Positions 33,182 through 43,693 of a DNA stretch of 64,000 nucleotides are shown here, in pieces. The stretch spans positions 1 to 64,000 of the forward strand of contig CAWFGE010000004.1 in the NCBI GenBank assembly GCA_963815195.1, in the 5' to 3' direction. The position numbers and the translations under genes are program-made. Below the pieces are notes generated by a model. The model ran no database searches. It was not told the origin of the DNA and was given only the letters and a program-made list of their open reading frames with translations. Source of the DNA: an uncultured Planctomycetaceae bacterium. GTDB lineage: Bacteria > Planctomycetota > Planctomycetia > Planctomycetales > Planctomycetaceae. The stretch's first letter is position 1, and each line of letters starts with the position of its first letter.

Positions 33182-34465
33182 ATGAGACGCCGAGTGGTGG
33201 TGACGGGCCTGGGCTGTGTGACCCCCGTGGGAAACGATGTCAACACAATGTGGGAATCGCTCCGCAAATCGCGGAGCGGGATCGGCAAGATCACGCACTT
33301 CGATGCCGGCAACTTCCCCACCCGGATCGCCGCGGAGGTCAAAGGCTACGACTTCCGCCCATTCGTCGATGATCCCGCCCGCTTCGAGCACGCGGGCCGG
33401 AACATCCGCTTTGCGATCGGGGCGGCTCATCAAGCGGTCCACGATGCGGGCCTTCCGGAAATCGATCTCGATCCCACGCGGTTCGGAGTTTATCTGGGAG
33501 CCGGCGAAGGGCAGCAGGATTTCCCGCTGTTTATGAGCATGGTCGCCCAATCCTACGTGGACGGCGAGGTCGATCTGACGAAGTTCACCGAATGCGCGCT
33601 CGCGATGCTCAATCCGCAGGAAGAATTGGAGCAGGAGCCGAACCGCACCGCCGGGCATCTGGCGAGCCTGTTCCACGCGCAAGGGCCGAACCTCAACTGC
33701 CTGACCGCGTGCGCCGCGTCGAGCCAGGCCATCGGCGAAGCAACCGAGATCATCCGCCGGGGCGATGCCGACGTGATGCTCTCCGGCGGAGCACACAGCA
33801 TGATTCACCCCTTCGGCGTCACGGGTTTCAATCTGCTCACGGCCCTTTCGACGAGCAACGCCAATCCCCCGAAGGCCTCGCGGCCGTTCGACAAGAACCG
33901 CGACGGCTTTGTCCTGGGCGAAGGCGCGGGCATGCTGATCCTCGAAGAACTGGAGCAGGCCAAAAAACGCGGGGCCCAGATTTACGGCGAGGTTTTGGGT
34001 TACGGCACGAGTGCGGACGCCTACGCGATCACCGACATTCATCCCGAAGGCCGGGGCGCCGTGTCCTGCATTTCGCATGCGCTCAAAGATGCCGGTTTGA
34101 ATACCGATCAGATCGATTACATCAACGCCCACGGGACGAGCACGGCCGTCAACGACCGCGTGGAGACGTCCGCGATCAAGCAGGTCCTCGGAGCCGACGC
34201 CAAGTCCACGCCCGTCTCCAGCATCAAAAGCATGATGGGCCATCTCATCGCCGCCGCCGGCAGCGTGGAAGCGATTGCCTGCCTGTTGGCGATCCGCGAC
34301 GGCATCCTGCCGCCGACCACGAACTACGAGACGCCCGATCCCGATTGCGATTTGGATTACATCCCCAACACCGCACGGGAGCAAACGGTCAACCGGGCGC
34401 TCTCTAACAGCTTCGGCTTCGGCGGCCAGAACATCTCGCTCATCTTCGGCAAGTTCGCCGCTTGA
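33182..34465 (+). CDS. fabF: Beta-ketoacyl-ACP synthase II
   Basis: RRVVVTGLG, TACAAS (catalytic Cys), RDGFVLGEGAG, NAHGTST, SIKSMMGH, SNSFGFGGQN. Confidence 0.93.
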   Translation: MRRRVVVTGLGCVTPVGNDVNTMWESLRKSRSGIGKITHFDAGNFPTRIAAEVKGYDFRPFVDDPARFEHAGRNIRFAIGAAHQAVHDAGLPEIDLDPTRFGVYLGAGEGQQDFPLFMSMVAQSYVDGEVDLTKFTECALAMLNPQEELEQEPNRTAGHLASLFHAQGPNLNCLTACAASSQAIGEATEIIRRGDADVMLSGGAHSMIHPFGVTGFNLLTALSTSNANPPKASRPFDKNRDGFVLGEGAGMLILEELEQAKKRGAQIYGEVLGYGTSADAYAITDIHPEGRGAVSCISHALKDAGLNTDQIDYINAHGTSTAVNDRVETSAIKQVLGADAKSTPVSSIKSMMGHLIAAAGSVEAIACLLAIRDGILPPTTNYETPDPDCDLDYIPNTAREQTVNRALSNSFGFGGQNISLIFGKFAA

Positions 34466-34723
34466 TCAGACGAGGTGCGTGTCTGAGCGCGCATTGTCCG
34501 GAGAGGCGATTTCGAACCGCCGAGATCCTTGCTCGATGGCACGGTGCAGGGGAGGATCGCCGGTGCGAACTTCATCGATACCACGCGTGAAACGCTATCG
34601 CGGGGTCGCCCCGGCAATATCGCGGCCGGCTTGGGAATGGAATTCCTGCCGGCGATCTTTTATCCTCCAACCGGAATTCCCTCCCTGCTCGAGATGGAAA
34701 CATCAAACCGAAAGGACGCTTCC

Positions 34724-35326
34724 ATGATCCGAAACCCCCTCTTCCCGGCACTGCTCGCCGGTTGCTGTAGTTTGGCCTTGCTTGGCTGCGCACGCTCGGA
34801 GGCCAAAAAAGACGATCTCTCCCAAGCCGAAAAAGAACTGGCCAAGGAGAGAGACACGAATAAAGACAATCCGCCCAAAAAGCAAACCGTCACGGTCAGT
34901 CTCGTAACCCCGCAAGAACTCGGCGCGGCGATCGAAAAGCACAAGGGTCAGGTTGTGTTGGTGGACTTCTGGGCGACGTGGTGCATTCCCTGCATCAAGA
35001 ATTTCCCTCACACGGTGGAATGGCAGAAAGGATACGGCGACAAAGGGCTGGCCGTGATCTCGGTGAGCATGGACGACACCGATGAGGAAAAGCAAACCGA
35101 GGTCCTCGAATTCTTAAAAAAGCAGAACGCCACGTTTACCAACTTTCAAAGCAAGCTGGGCGGCGATGAAGAAGGCATGCAGGGCTTTCAAATCCCCGGC
35201 GGCGCGATTCCCTATTACAAACTCTACGACAAGACCGGAAAACTCGCCAAGACCTTCGAGCAGGATCCCTGCAATCCCTTCGACGCCAAAGACATCGAAG
35301 CCGCCATCCAGGAAGCCCTAAAATAG
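34724..35326 (+). CDS. TlpA-like thiol-disulfide oxidoreductase lipoprotein
   Basis: Lipobox LLGC; VVLVDFWATWCIPC; AIPYY. Confidence 0.88.
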   Translation: MIRNPLFPALLAGCCSLALLGCARSEAKKDDLSQAEKELAKERDTNKDNPPKKQTVTVSLVTPQELGAAIEKHKGQVVLVDFWATWCIPCIKNFPHTVEWQKGYGDKGLAVISVSMDDTDEEKQTEVLEFLKKQNATFTNFQSKLGGDEEGMQGFQIPGGAIPYYKLYDKTGKLAKTFEQDPCNPFDAKDIEAAIQEALK

Positions 35327-35352
35327 CGTGGCCGTTTTGCGCGATTTCTGCT

Positions 35353-36009
35353 TCAAATCCGAAGCACGAAATCCGAAATCCGAAACAAATTCAAAACTCC
35401 AATTCCGAATGTCCCAAACAATAAGGCACACCCGAAGCGGGGAGTTTGGTTTTTGGAATCTCGGTCATGAGGATTTATTTCGGATTTCGAGATGCGGACT
35501 TCGGATTTTCCGGCCCGGCGGGGTCGGGAGAATCTCCAAATAAGAAGGACGGCTCCGCCAAACATCAGGGCGACCCATGTCCAATAGGCGGGGCCGAACA
35601 CGACCGTGGCGTTGAACATCATGAACGCAAACGCCGCGTGCGTCGCCCAGAATTGGAAACGGGGCGGATTGGTTTGCGCCTTTCGCCGCCGCCAGCGGAA
35701 TGCGTCGAACAGCCAGTACGCCGCGAAGGCATAGTTGAAATAAATCCCGCCGCCCCAGTCCCAGCCGGTGACTTGGGCGGTTTGTTCGGCGGTGTGCCGG
35801 ACGGCCTCGGCGTGGCTCCAATGATGGACGAACTGAAACGCCGCCCCAACGTGCACCGCCATCGCCAAAGCCCCCAGCGTCCAAGACCGCCGCGTCCACA
35901 CGGCGAGCGATTGCGACGGTGAACCGCTCAAATCCGCCAGGACGCGAAGCAGATAACACGCGACCGCGAGCTGTGCCGTTCCCCGCGTGATCGCTTCTCC
36001 CCACGGCAT
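35353..36009 (-). CDS. Hypothetical membrane protein; ORF reads through the heptamer repeat
   Basis: About five hydrophobic helices; HVGAAFQFVHHWSH, GGGIYFNY, FNATVVFG. Confidence 0.7.
   Translation of the reverse strand: MPWGEAITRGTAQLAVACYLLRVLADLSGSPSQSLAVWTRRSWTLGALAMAVHVGAAFQFVHHWSHAEAVRHTAEQTAQVTGWDWGGGIYFNYAFAAYWLFDAFRWRRRKAQTNPPRFQFWATHAAFAFMMFNATVVFGPAYWTWVALMFGGAVLLIWRFSRPRRAGKSEVRISKSEINPHDRDSKNQTPRFGCALLFGTFGIGVLNLFRISDFVLRI
35355..35509. repeat. Heptamer-based (AAATCCG) inverted-repeat element
   Basis: AAATCCGAAGCACGAAATCCGAAATCCGAAACAAAT ... ATTTATTTCGGATTTCGAGATGCGGACTTCGGATTT. Confidence 0.75.
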
Positions 36010-36112
36010 TTTTCGATGAACCTTTCGGACGTTCGGGCGGTTCGCTTGCGAATCCTGCCGGAGTTGGGATGATGCGCTAAGTGGCGTGATTGGAAACATA
36101 AATTCCGCCAAA

Positions 36113-36211
36113 GTGAGCGGCCGGGTACCCTCTGGGTGGCTAGCCGCCGGTCTTGGCTTTGGGAATCTCGCTTCATCTTCATAGAAACCGGAGGCTAGCG
36201 CCTACCGCTCA
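36113..36211. repeat. Paired REP-like element (TGAGCGG/GCTAGC family)
   Basis: GTGAGCGGCCGGGTACCCTCTGGGTGGCTAGCCGCCGGT ... ACCGGAGGCTAGCGCCTACCGCTCA; inverted copy at 56769-56840. Confidence 0.8.
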
Positions 36212-36250
36212 GATTTTCCCCTTTCGACCTCCAACCGCGAACGAGGCCTT

Positions 36251-37460
36251 ATGATCGATATTCACCAATTCACCCGGCAATTGCAAAGGAAGAACGATTT
36301 CGAAGATCGTCCTCGTCGTCAGTGACGGCCTGGGCGGACTGCCGCTTAAGCCCGGCGGCAAAACGGAATTGGAGACCGCGAAGACGCCGAATCTCGATGC
36401 CCTCGCCCGCCGAGGCGTGTCGGGATTGAGCACGCCGGTGTTTCCCGGGATCGCGCCGGGCAGCGGGCCCGGGCACTTGGGGCTCTTCGGGTATGATCCG
36501 CTGAAATATCAAATCGGCCGCGGCGTGCTGGAGGCGTTGGGCATCGATTTCGATTTGGGGCCGAACGACGTGGCGATCCGCGGCAACTTTTGCACGCTGG
36601 ACGAGGCCGGCAATATCACCGACCGCCGAGCCGGGCGGATCGCCTCGGACATTGGAGCAAAACTCTGCGAGAAGCTCGATCAAATCCAAATTGCGGGCGT
36701 GGAAGTTTTCGTGCGGCCGGTGAAGGAATACCGGCTGGTGATCGTCCTGCGGGGCGAAGGGCTGACGGCGGGCATTCACGACACGGATCCCCAAGCCACG
36801 GGCGTGCCGCCGCTCGATCCCGTCCCGCAAAATCCCGATTCGCAATCCGCCGCGGAGATCATCCGGGAGTTTTTGCGCCAGGCCCGCGAAGTGCTGAAAG
36901 ACGATGCCCCGGCGAACTTTTTGACGCTCCGCGGGATTGCCAAGCGGCCGGAGATCCCCACGTTTGACGATGTGTACGGCACTCGGGCGTCGGCGATCGC
37001 GGTGTATCCGATGTATCGCGGTTTGGCGCGGCTGGTGCATATGGATGTGCTCGACGCCGGCAGCACATTGGACGATCAACTCGCCCGGCTGGAAGCCGTC
37101 TGGAACGATTACGACTTCTTCTTCGTGCACTACAAGTACACGGACTCGACCGGGGAAGACGGGAATTTCGACGCGAAGGTCGAGCGGACGGAGACGTTGG
37201 ATGCCGCAATTCCCCGCATCACGGCGCTCGAGCCGACGGTGCTGATCGTCACGGGCGACCACAGCACGCCGTCGAAATTGAAGTCCCACAGTTGGCATCC
37301 CGTGCCTGTGGTTTTGGCCGCGGAGACCTGCCGGTTCGACGGCTGCGAGTCGTTCGGGGAAAGCGAATGCCTGAAAGGAGGCTTGGGGCAGTTCGAGGCG
37401 AAATACCTGATGCCGTTGGCGTTGGCTCATGCCGGGCGATTGGAAAAGTTCGGCGCGTGA
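36251..37460 (+). CDS. apgM: 2,3-bisphosphoglycerate-independent phosphoglycerate mutase, ApgM type; apparent frameshift near 36298
   Basis: KIVLVVSDGLGG, TPNLD, PGSGPGHLGLFGYDP, DRRAGR, HYKYTD, TGDHSTP, HSWHPVP. ATG at 36251 is out of frame by one base. Confidence 0.9.
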
Positions 37461-37482
37461 GAGGAAAACACATTCCAAAGAA

Positions 37483-37528
37483 TGAGACGAGCCCGGAGGC
37501 TGAGGGGGCCTCCGGGCAGTCTGTCTCA
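37483..37528. terminator. Hairpin between convergent genes
   Basis: GCCCGGAGGC/GCCTCCGGGC stem flanked by TGAGAC/GTCTCA; no long U tract. Confidence 0.5.
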
Positions 37529-37655
37529 CGACATATCAAAAACGGGATTGAATAGGCGTGTGGGAGGCACGTCCGTGAGGTTCAATCCCTGGGTGGCCGA
37601 ATCTTCCAAGATTGTCGAGCAAGAAGGAAGCAGTCCCAACCGGACTTCCAATGCC

Positions 37656-38055
37656 TTAGTTACCGAACAAGCAGCATTTCTTCGCCGGAGCGCAGCAGAC
37701 TGGGAGCGACATTGCAGCAGGTCGGCGTGGGGCAGCAGCAGCTGGGAGCGACGTTGCAGCAGGTGGCCGAGGGGCAGCAGCAGCTCGGGGAGGTGTTGCA
37801 GCACTTGGGCGCACAGGACGGAGCGCAGCTCGGGGCACAGCTCGGGCCACAGGCCGGAGCGCAGCAGCTGGGAGCGACGTTGCAGCAATGGGGCGCCGGA
37901 GCGCAGCAGCTCGGGGCACAGCCCGTTTCGCAACACTGAGGCGCGGGGCAGCAACAGGTCGCCTGCTTGTTGAAACAGTCGAACAATCCGGCTTTAGCGT
38001 CCACGGCGCTAAAGCAACAAACCATCATAGCGGCAGACAGGGTGATCCATTTCAT
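37656..38055 (-). CDS. Secreted Cys/Pro-rich repeat protein; apparent frameshift near 37699
   Basis: GGAG RBS, signal peptide ending [12 protein letters not shown] and CAPS repeats. The C-terminus [13 protein letters not shown] is in the shifted frame. Confidence 0.8.
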
Positions 38056-38401
38056 ATCAGCGCATCTCCACGAAAAGATTGATGAGACGAACAGGGGAAC
38101 CCAAGAGGTTGCGACGGGGTGGAAGGGGCCACCCGATGAATAGCAGTCTTGCTTTCCTGTGTTCTGTTGGGAAGGTGATTAACACTGACAATGTTTTCGT
38201 CATTCCCTTCCGAGTTCGCTGACGGAAAACCCGCGTGTTCCGAGGCTCGCTCCGGAAGTGGTCCACACGTGTTGATTGTGCGGGTTGTGTGACGGGCCGA
38301 TCGGCAATCTGCCGCCGGAAAGTCTAAAGTTGCTACGATGTTAGGAGCATTCGTCGAGCGAAATCCGACGCAAACGCTCGCCCGAAATAAGACCGAATCC
38401 A

Positions 38402-39298
38402 ATGGAAAATGTTGTATCGATTTTGGGGGCCGTTTCGCTTCTGATCGTCGCGCCTGTTGTGCTTCGTGTAGGGCGGTTTGTCCGCGGCACGACGCTCGTC
38501 ACGGCATGGCGCTGGGGGGTCGCCGGCCTTTTGATGTGGGAAGCCGCGTGGGCCGCGGATGGCTTCAACGTGCCGCTGTCGGTCCAGGACCAGCTGTGGT
38601 ATGCCGCCGGCATTTTGGGATTGTGCCCCCCGATTGCGGTCCTGGGAGCCAAACGTCCCGGGGCCCGCGTGTGGGCCGCGTTTGTCGTGCTGCCTTTGGT
38701 GCTGGTGTTCGCTTGGCCGGCGTTCGTCGAATGGATTCGCCAAATCCCGCCCGAGCGATTGCATCTGGAAACGCCCATGCTGTTGGGGTATTTCCTGGTG
38801 TTGCTTATGGGCTACGGGAATTACGTGGGCACAAGGCATACGCTCCCCGCCCTCTTGGCCGCGGCCGCCTTGGGCTGGCTGGTGTTCCAACTGTCTCAAA
38901 CCGCAGAGCCCGACGAACCGTTAAAACCCCTCGGGCCCACCCTGCTCTTTGTCACAGCCGGTTTAATCGCGCAATTCCTCAAAGCCCCGCGAGAGACCGC
39001 CGCCGGCTTCGATCGGCTCTGGCAGGATTTCCAGGATGCGTTCGGCATCGTCTGGGCCAGGCGTGTGCTCGACCGCGTGAACTACGCCGCCCGCCAGGAG
39101 CAATGGTCCGCTCACTGGGAAATGCAGGGGATCGTCTGGAATCCCGATGCGACCGACTCGGAGCGGCAGCACACGCTGGACCGCGCGGACCACACCTTCC
39201 GCTGGCTGTTCAGAAGATTCGTCGATCCCGAATGGATCGAAGAGCGCTTGAAGCCACAGCAGCCCGAAGCGCCAGCGCGGGAATTGCCGTCGGGGTAG
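38402..39298 (+). CDS. Hypothetical polytopic membrane protein
   Basis: About seven TM segments; PPIAVLGAKRPG, WQDFQDAFGIVW, RRFVDPEWI. Confidence 0.75.
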   Translation: MENVVSILGAVSLLIVAPVVLRVGRFVRGTTLVTAWRWGVAGLLMWEAAWAADGFNVPLSVQDQLWYAAGILGLCPPIAVLGAKRPGARVWAAFVVLPLVLVFAWPAFVEWIRQIPPERLHLETPMLLGYFLVLLMGYGNYVGTRHTLPALLAAAALGWLVFQLSQTAEPDEPLKPLGPTLLFVTAGLIAQFLKAPRETAAGFDRLWQDFQDAFGIVWARRVLDRVNYAARQEQWSAHWEMQGIVWNPDATDSERQHTLDRADHTFRWLFRRFVDPEWIEERLKPQQPEAPARELPSG

Positions 39299-39307
39299 AA
39301 CCAAAGC

Positions 39308-40697
39308 TCATTTGCCGATGCAGAACTTGCTGAAAATGCGGTCCAGAATGTCGTCCGTATACACGCTTCCCAGAATCCGGCCCAGATGCTCGAGGGCCTG
39401 GTGGAGTTCCACCGCGATCAATTCATCCCCGGCACACAGCGTCGCCGCGCCCACCGCTTCCCGCAATGATTCGGCCGCCGAGGTCAAACTCTCCCGGCAG
39501 CGGGCGGCGGTGGTGCCGATCAACTGCCGGCTTCGCCCGGAGGCCGACGCCATCCGCCGGGCGATTTCCGCCTGAAGTTCCGGAAGCCCTTCCCCCGTGA
39601 GCGCCGACACGCGAACCGCCGGCGTTTCCTCATTGGGGAATGCAGGCAGGCTCGGCAAATCCGATTTCGTCCGCACCAGAACGAGCGGAACTTGCCGGGC
39701 GTCAAATTCCGCGAGCAGTTGCCGATTGATGCCGGCTTCGTCCGCGGAAACGTCGCTCGCGATGCAGTACAATAACAGATCGGCATTAGTGGAATGCTCG
39801 TGCCGGCGTTGGTCGGCTTCCCGCATCAGTTCTGTCGGGGCGGACTCCCAGCCGGCGGTGTCATAGAGTTCCAAGGCCAATCCGTACCAATCCGCCGCCG
39901 CGTAGAGCACGTCGCGGGTCGTGCCTTTGATGTCGGAGACGATCGCCGCCTCGTCACCGACGAGTGCATTGAACAGAAAACTTTTCCCCGCATTCGGCAG
40001 CCCCGCCAAAACAACCCGCAAACGCCCGGTGGATTGCATGCGGCTTTCCGCCTGCGTGGACAGCCGGCCGATCGTCTCCGCGGCGGCGTTCAAGCGGGCG
40101 ATGAGATCCGCGCGTTCGACGAACTCGATGTCCTCTTCGACGAAATCGAGGCCGGCTTCCAGATCGGACAGCAAATCGAGGAGGTCGCCACGCACCTCGG
40201 CGATTTTCCCGGACAGTCCGCCGCCAAGCTGTTTGAGAGCGGTCTCCAACTCCTCGTGGTCCCGGGCATCGATCACGCCGAGCACGGCCTCGGCCTCGAT
40301 CAAATCCAATCGCCCCGCCAGAAACGCCCGCAGCGTAAATTCCCCCGGACTGCGCCGCGCGAACACCGTGCCGAAATAATTCGGACAGCAGAAGCTCCAA
40401 AATCGGCGGGGAACCCACGGCGTGGATTTCCGCCAAGGGCTGCCCCGTGTAACTCCGGCGGGTCGGCCAGAACAGCACATCGGCCGGCACGGGAGGAAAA
40501 TCGCGTTCCACGTCCAATCGAAAGACCCCGTGAAACCGCCTCGGCAGCCGCGAATCGGCGGGTGGGGAAAATTCTTCGAGCACATCCAACAGCGCGGTTC
40601 GCACCTCAGGACCGCTGATGCGAATGATCCCCCGCGCCGCCGCACCGGGAGCCGACGCCAACGCCGCCACGGTATCATCAAGCTGGAAACTGGCCAT
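39308..40697 (-). CDS. mnmE: tRNA modification GTPase; apparent frameshift near 40351
   Basis: DDTVAALAS, IIRISG, RSYTG in one frame; PGEFTLRAFLAGRLDL, GLPNAGKS, GTTRD, DTAG, ILDRIFSKFCIGK in the next. Confidence 0.93.
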
Positions 40698-40821
40698 GCA
40701 TCAAAGGGAAGGAATGTGAGCGCCGACAATTCGACTCGCCAACCTCGATCCTCAATTGGAATCGCTCCGACGGCTTGGGCTGATTAGAGACACGACCCGA
40801 AGATTCCGTGATGACGAAACG

Positions 40822-42822
40822 CTACCGGCGGGTTTTGGATTTCTTGCCGCGACGTTTCGACGCGGTGTTCTGGCCTTTTTCGCGTCCGGCATTCTGGCCG
40901 GTCGGGTACAGTCCCCGACTCGCCGAGGCGGCCGCCGCGTTGTCGCCGGATTGGGAACCTTCACTCGCTTTTTTTTTGCCGATGTCCAAGAGTTTGCGTT
41001 CGCCCATGCCCCACAAACTGGAGGCGATAAAGTAGACGCACAAACCGGCCGGGACATGATAGAACAAGAAGCCCATGAAGATCATCATGAAGTTCATCAT
41101 CTTGTGCTGCATCTGGGCTTGCTCGTCGTCCGGATCGGGGGCCGGCATGAACATTTTCTGCTGGACGATGAACAACACCACCGTCACCATCGGCAGCAAA
41201 TTGAAGTTCCACCCGAGAAACGGCACGCGGAAGGGAAATGGAAACAACGCATCCGGGGCGGCCAGGTTGTCCACCCACAAAAACGGAGCGCCCCGCAAAT
41301 CGACCGCGTGGCCCAGGGCGCTATAGAGCCCAATGAAGATCGGCAACTGAAACACCATCGGCAAGCAGCCGGCGAAAGGGTTGTAGCCCGCGTCGCGGAA
41401 CAGGTCCATTTGGGCCTGGGCGAATTTTTGCTTGTCGTCGCCATACTTCTTTTTGAGTTCCTGCAGCTTCGGCTGGAGTTCCTTCATCCGGGCGGCGCTT
41501 TGGGCTTGCTTCCGGGACAGCGGAAACAACGCCCCCCGCACCATGATGGTCAAACAGATGATCGCCAGCCCATAGGGAAACAACAGGGCGTTGTGCAAAA
41601 ACGACAGCACCGCGAGCATGCCTTTGCTGATCCAGCCGAACCAGCCGAACTCGAGCACCGCCCCGGCTTGCATATTGTCCAAAAGCGCTTGCCGTTTGGG
41701 GCCGGCGTAGAGCGTGTAGTGATCCTCGAATTGGCCGTCCTTCGCCAGTTCGCGCGGTTTGGACGTCAGTTCGATGCTGACCTCGCTTGTCTGGGGCTCG
41801 TCCGTATCGATCCAAATGGCTTCCGGGGTGTAGGAGGCGATTTTGTCGGTCGTGGGCTCCTTGGAATCGTTGTAAATCAACGTCGCGAAAAACTGCCCGT
41901 CCACACCCACGTAGCGAAAGGGGGCGGACCATTCCTCCACGTCGTTCGCCTCGATGGATTTCACGAGATCCTTGGCGGTGACGGAGTCATCAGAGATTTT
42001 CCCGCCTTTGACGATCCCCAGCTTGATGTCGCGAAACTTGCGGGTGCTTTCGCGATCTTCCAACGGCATGCCCACGGGGCCTTGCAGCTTGTAGTGGACC
42101 TGGGCTTTTTCCGCCTGAAGGTTTTGAACCCGGACCGCCAAATGCAGGAAATAGCCTTCGGTGTTGGTGTCGCGATTCTCCTTCGAGTAGCCGCCTTTGC
42201 CGTTGCCTTTTTTCAGTTCGTAAAGTTTATCCAAGCGAAATTTTCCGGGGATTTCGTAGTGAAACACCGCCCTCGATTGGTTGGACTCTTTGTTGTCGTA
42301 GTCCCAGTCCACGGTTTTGAGGTTCACCCGCTCGGCGGCGAGCAGGCGGTCGATTTCGGGAAAGTCCGTCTGGAACGTGCGAAAGATTTCGCGGTTTTTG
42401 CCTTCGGTCGGCTCCGCCAACGTGAGGGGCTGCTTGTGATCGACCAGGTCGCGGTAGCGGGGATCGTTCAATTCGATTCGCGAGACGGCCGCCCCGGCGG
42501 TGGTGAGAAGCGCCCGGTAGAAGTAGCCGCTGTCGGGATCGAGCGAACCGATGGCGATGTTGTCCAAATGGGGATGCCGTTTGCGTTTTTGTTTTTGCCC
42601 GTCCGCTTGGGGCTTCGCGGGCTTCTCGGCAATGGCGGGGACGTGTTCCGGCTGTTTTGGGGGTTTGGGTTTCTCGCCGGGTTCATTTTTCCGCGCTGGG
42701 GCCGGCTGGCCGGCGTTTTGGCGCTGCGGCAGGAGTTTGGGAAGGATTAAAGTCTGCCAACTGATCAGCAGGAGTGCCGAAACCAGCACGAACAGCACGA
42801 CGCGTCGGGGGGAAAATTCCAT
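40822..42822 (-). CDS. yidC: Membrane protein insertase
   Basis: LYAGPK, FGWFG, YGLAIICLTIMVR, MKELQPKL, NPFAGCLP, LWVDNLAAPD, PAGLCVYFI. Confidence 0.95.
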   Translation of the reverse strand: MEFSPRRVVLFVLVSALLLISWQTLILPKLLPQRQNAGQPAPARKNEPGEKPKPPKQPEHVPAIAEKPAKPQADGQKQKRKRHPHLDNIAIGSLDPDSGYFYRALLTTAGAAVSRIELNDPRYRDLVDHKQPLTLAEPTEGKNREIFRTFQTDFPEIDRLLAAERVNLKTVDWDYDNKESNQSRAVFHYEIPGKFRLDKLYELKKGNGKGGYSKENRDTNTEGYFLHLAVRVQNLQAEKAQVHYKLQGPVGMPLEDRESTRKFRDIKLGIVKGGKISDDSVTAKDLVKSIEANDVEEWSAPFRYVGVDGQFFATLIYNDSKEPTTDKIASYTPEAIWIDTDEPQTSEVSIELTSKPRELAKDGQFEDHYTLYAGPKRQALLDNMQAGAVLEFGWFGWISKGMLAVLSFLHNALLFPYGLAIICLTIMVRGALFPLSRKQAQSAARMKELQPKLQELKKKYGDDKQKFAQAQMDLFRDAGYNPFAGCLPMVFQLPIFIGLYSALGHAVDLRGAPFLWVDNLAAPDALFPFPFRVPFLGWNFNLLPMVTVVLFIVQQKMFMPAPDPDDEQAQMQHKMMNFMMIFMGFLFYHVPAGLCVYFIASSLWGMGERKLLDIGKKKASEGSQSGDNAAAASASRGLYPTGQNAGREKGQNTASKRRGKKSKTRR

Positions 42823-42824
42823 AA

Positions 42825-43589
42825 TTACCGACCGTCCCTGAGACGGTCACCCAAGAAGTTGTCGAGGTCGGGGATGTTGTAAATCTTCTCGGCGGTTTTG
42901 CCGAAATCGTATTCGACCCGTTGGAACTTCACCGTGGACCCATCCGCGTCCGAACTTTCGATAATTACATAAGACGAGCGGTTGTCGCCGTTTCGCGGTT
43001 GTCCGACCGAACCGACGTTGATCAGCACTTTTGGCTCGCCCAGAGGGTATTTCATGTCGATTTCTTCGGGGGCGAGAAAGTTCAAATCCTCGGTGAAAAC
43101 GCCGGGGATGTGCGTATGCCCTTGGAAGCAATACTTCTTCACCAGGCCGAAAATGCGTTCCATTTTCCGCTGGTTGTAAATATCTTCGGGGAAGACGTAT
43201 TCGTTGAGGGGATTCCGCGCCGAGCCGTGGACAAAGAGGAAGTCCCCGTCGCGGTGCATGCGGGGCAACTCGCCGAGAAACTCCCACCGCTGTTTGTTGC
43301 CTTTGGGGTCGCCCGTTTCGAGCATTTTGCGGGTCCAGAAAATGGCCCGCTCGGCCCCGGCGTTAAACCCTTCCGGATCGAAGAGCGCGCCCTGGTCGTG
43401 GTTTCCCAACAGGCACATTTGGCAGTTTTCGATTACCAAATCGATGCATTCGCGGGGGTTGGGACCGTAACCAATGATGTCGCCCAGACAATAAATCTCG
43501 GAAACCCCTTGTTCTTTTGCGTGCGCGAGCACCGCCTCGAGGGCTTCGAGGTTTCCGTGAATATCGCTGATAAGTGCTTTCGAGGACAA
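42825..43589 (-). CDS. Calcineurin-like metallophosphoesterase
   Basis: [37 protein letters not shown] start inferred. Confidence 0.9.
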   Translation of the reverse strand: MSSKALISDIHGNLEALEAVLAHAKEQGVSEIYCLGDIIGYGPNPRECIDLVIENCQMCLLGNHDQGALFDPEGFNAGAERAIFWTRKMLETGDPKGNKQRWEFLGELPRMHRDGDFLFVHGSARNPLNEYVFPEDIYNQRKMERIFGLVKKYCFQGHTHIPGVFTEDLNFLAPEEIDMKYPLGEPKVLINVGSVGQPRNGDNRSSYVIIESSDADGSTVKFQRVEYDFGKTAEKIYNIPDLDNFLGDRLRDGR

Positions 43590-43663
43590 CGGTCGCTCCC
43601 TGGATGAATCGTCCGTCAGGTTCCAAGGGATCTTCGTTACACAAATTCCCTGTCTAACCCCGG

Positions 43664-43693
43664 AGTGTAAGTTTGAGACGACGAGAGGGTCAA
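43664..43693 (-). promoter_or_regulatory. Putative sigma70-type promoter for phosphoesterase-yidC-mnmE
   Basis: TTGACC-N18-TACACT on the minus strand. Confidence 0.45.

Noticed and set aside
30538..34465. Ladderane or aryl-polyene cluster as a firm call
   Set aside because: No radical SAM, methyltransferase, chain-length factor or adenylation genes are adjacent. Kept only as an unusual FAS-like cluster.
37656..38055. RiPP precursor
   Set aside because: It has a Sec-type signal peptide and no neighbouring YcaO, LanM, radical SAM or peptidase-transporter genes.
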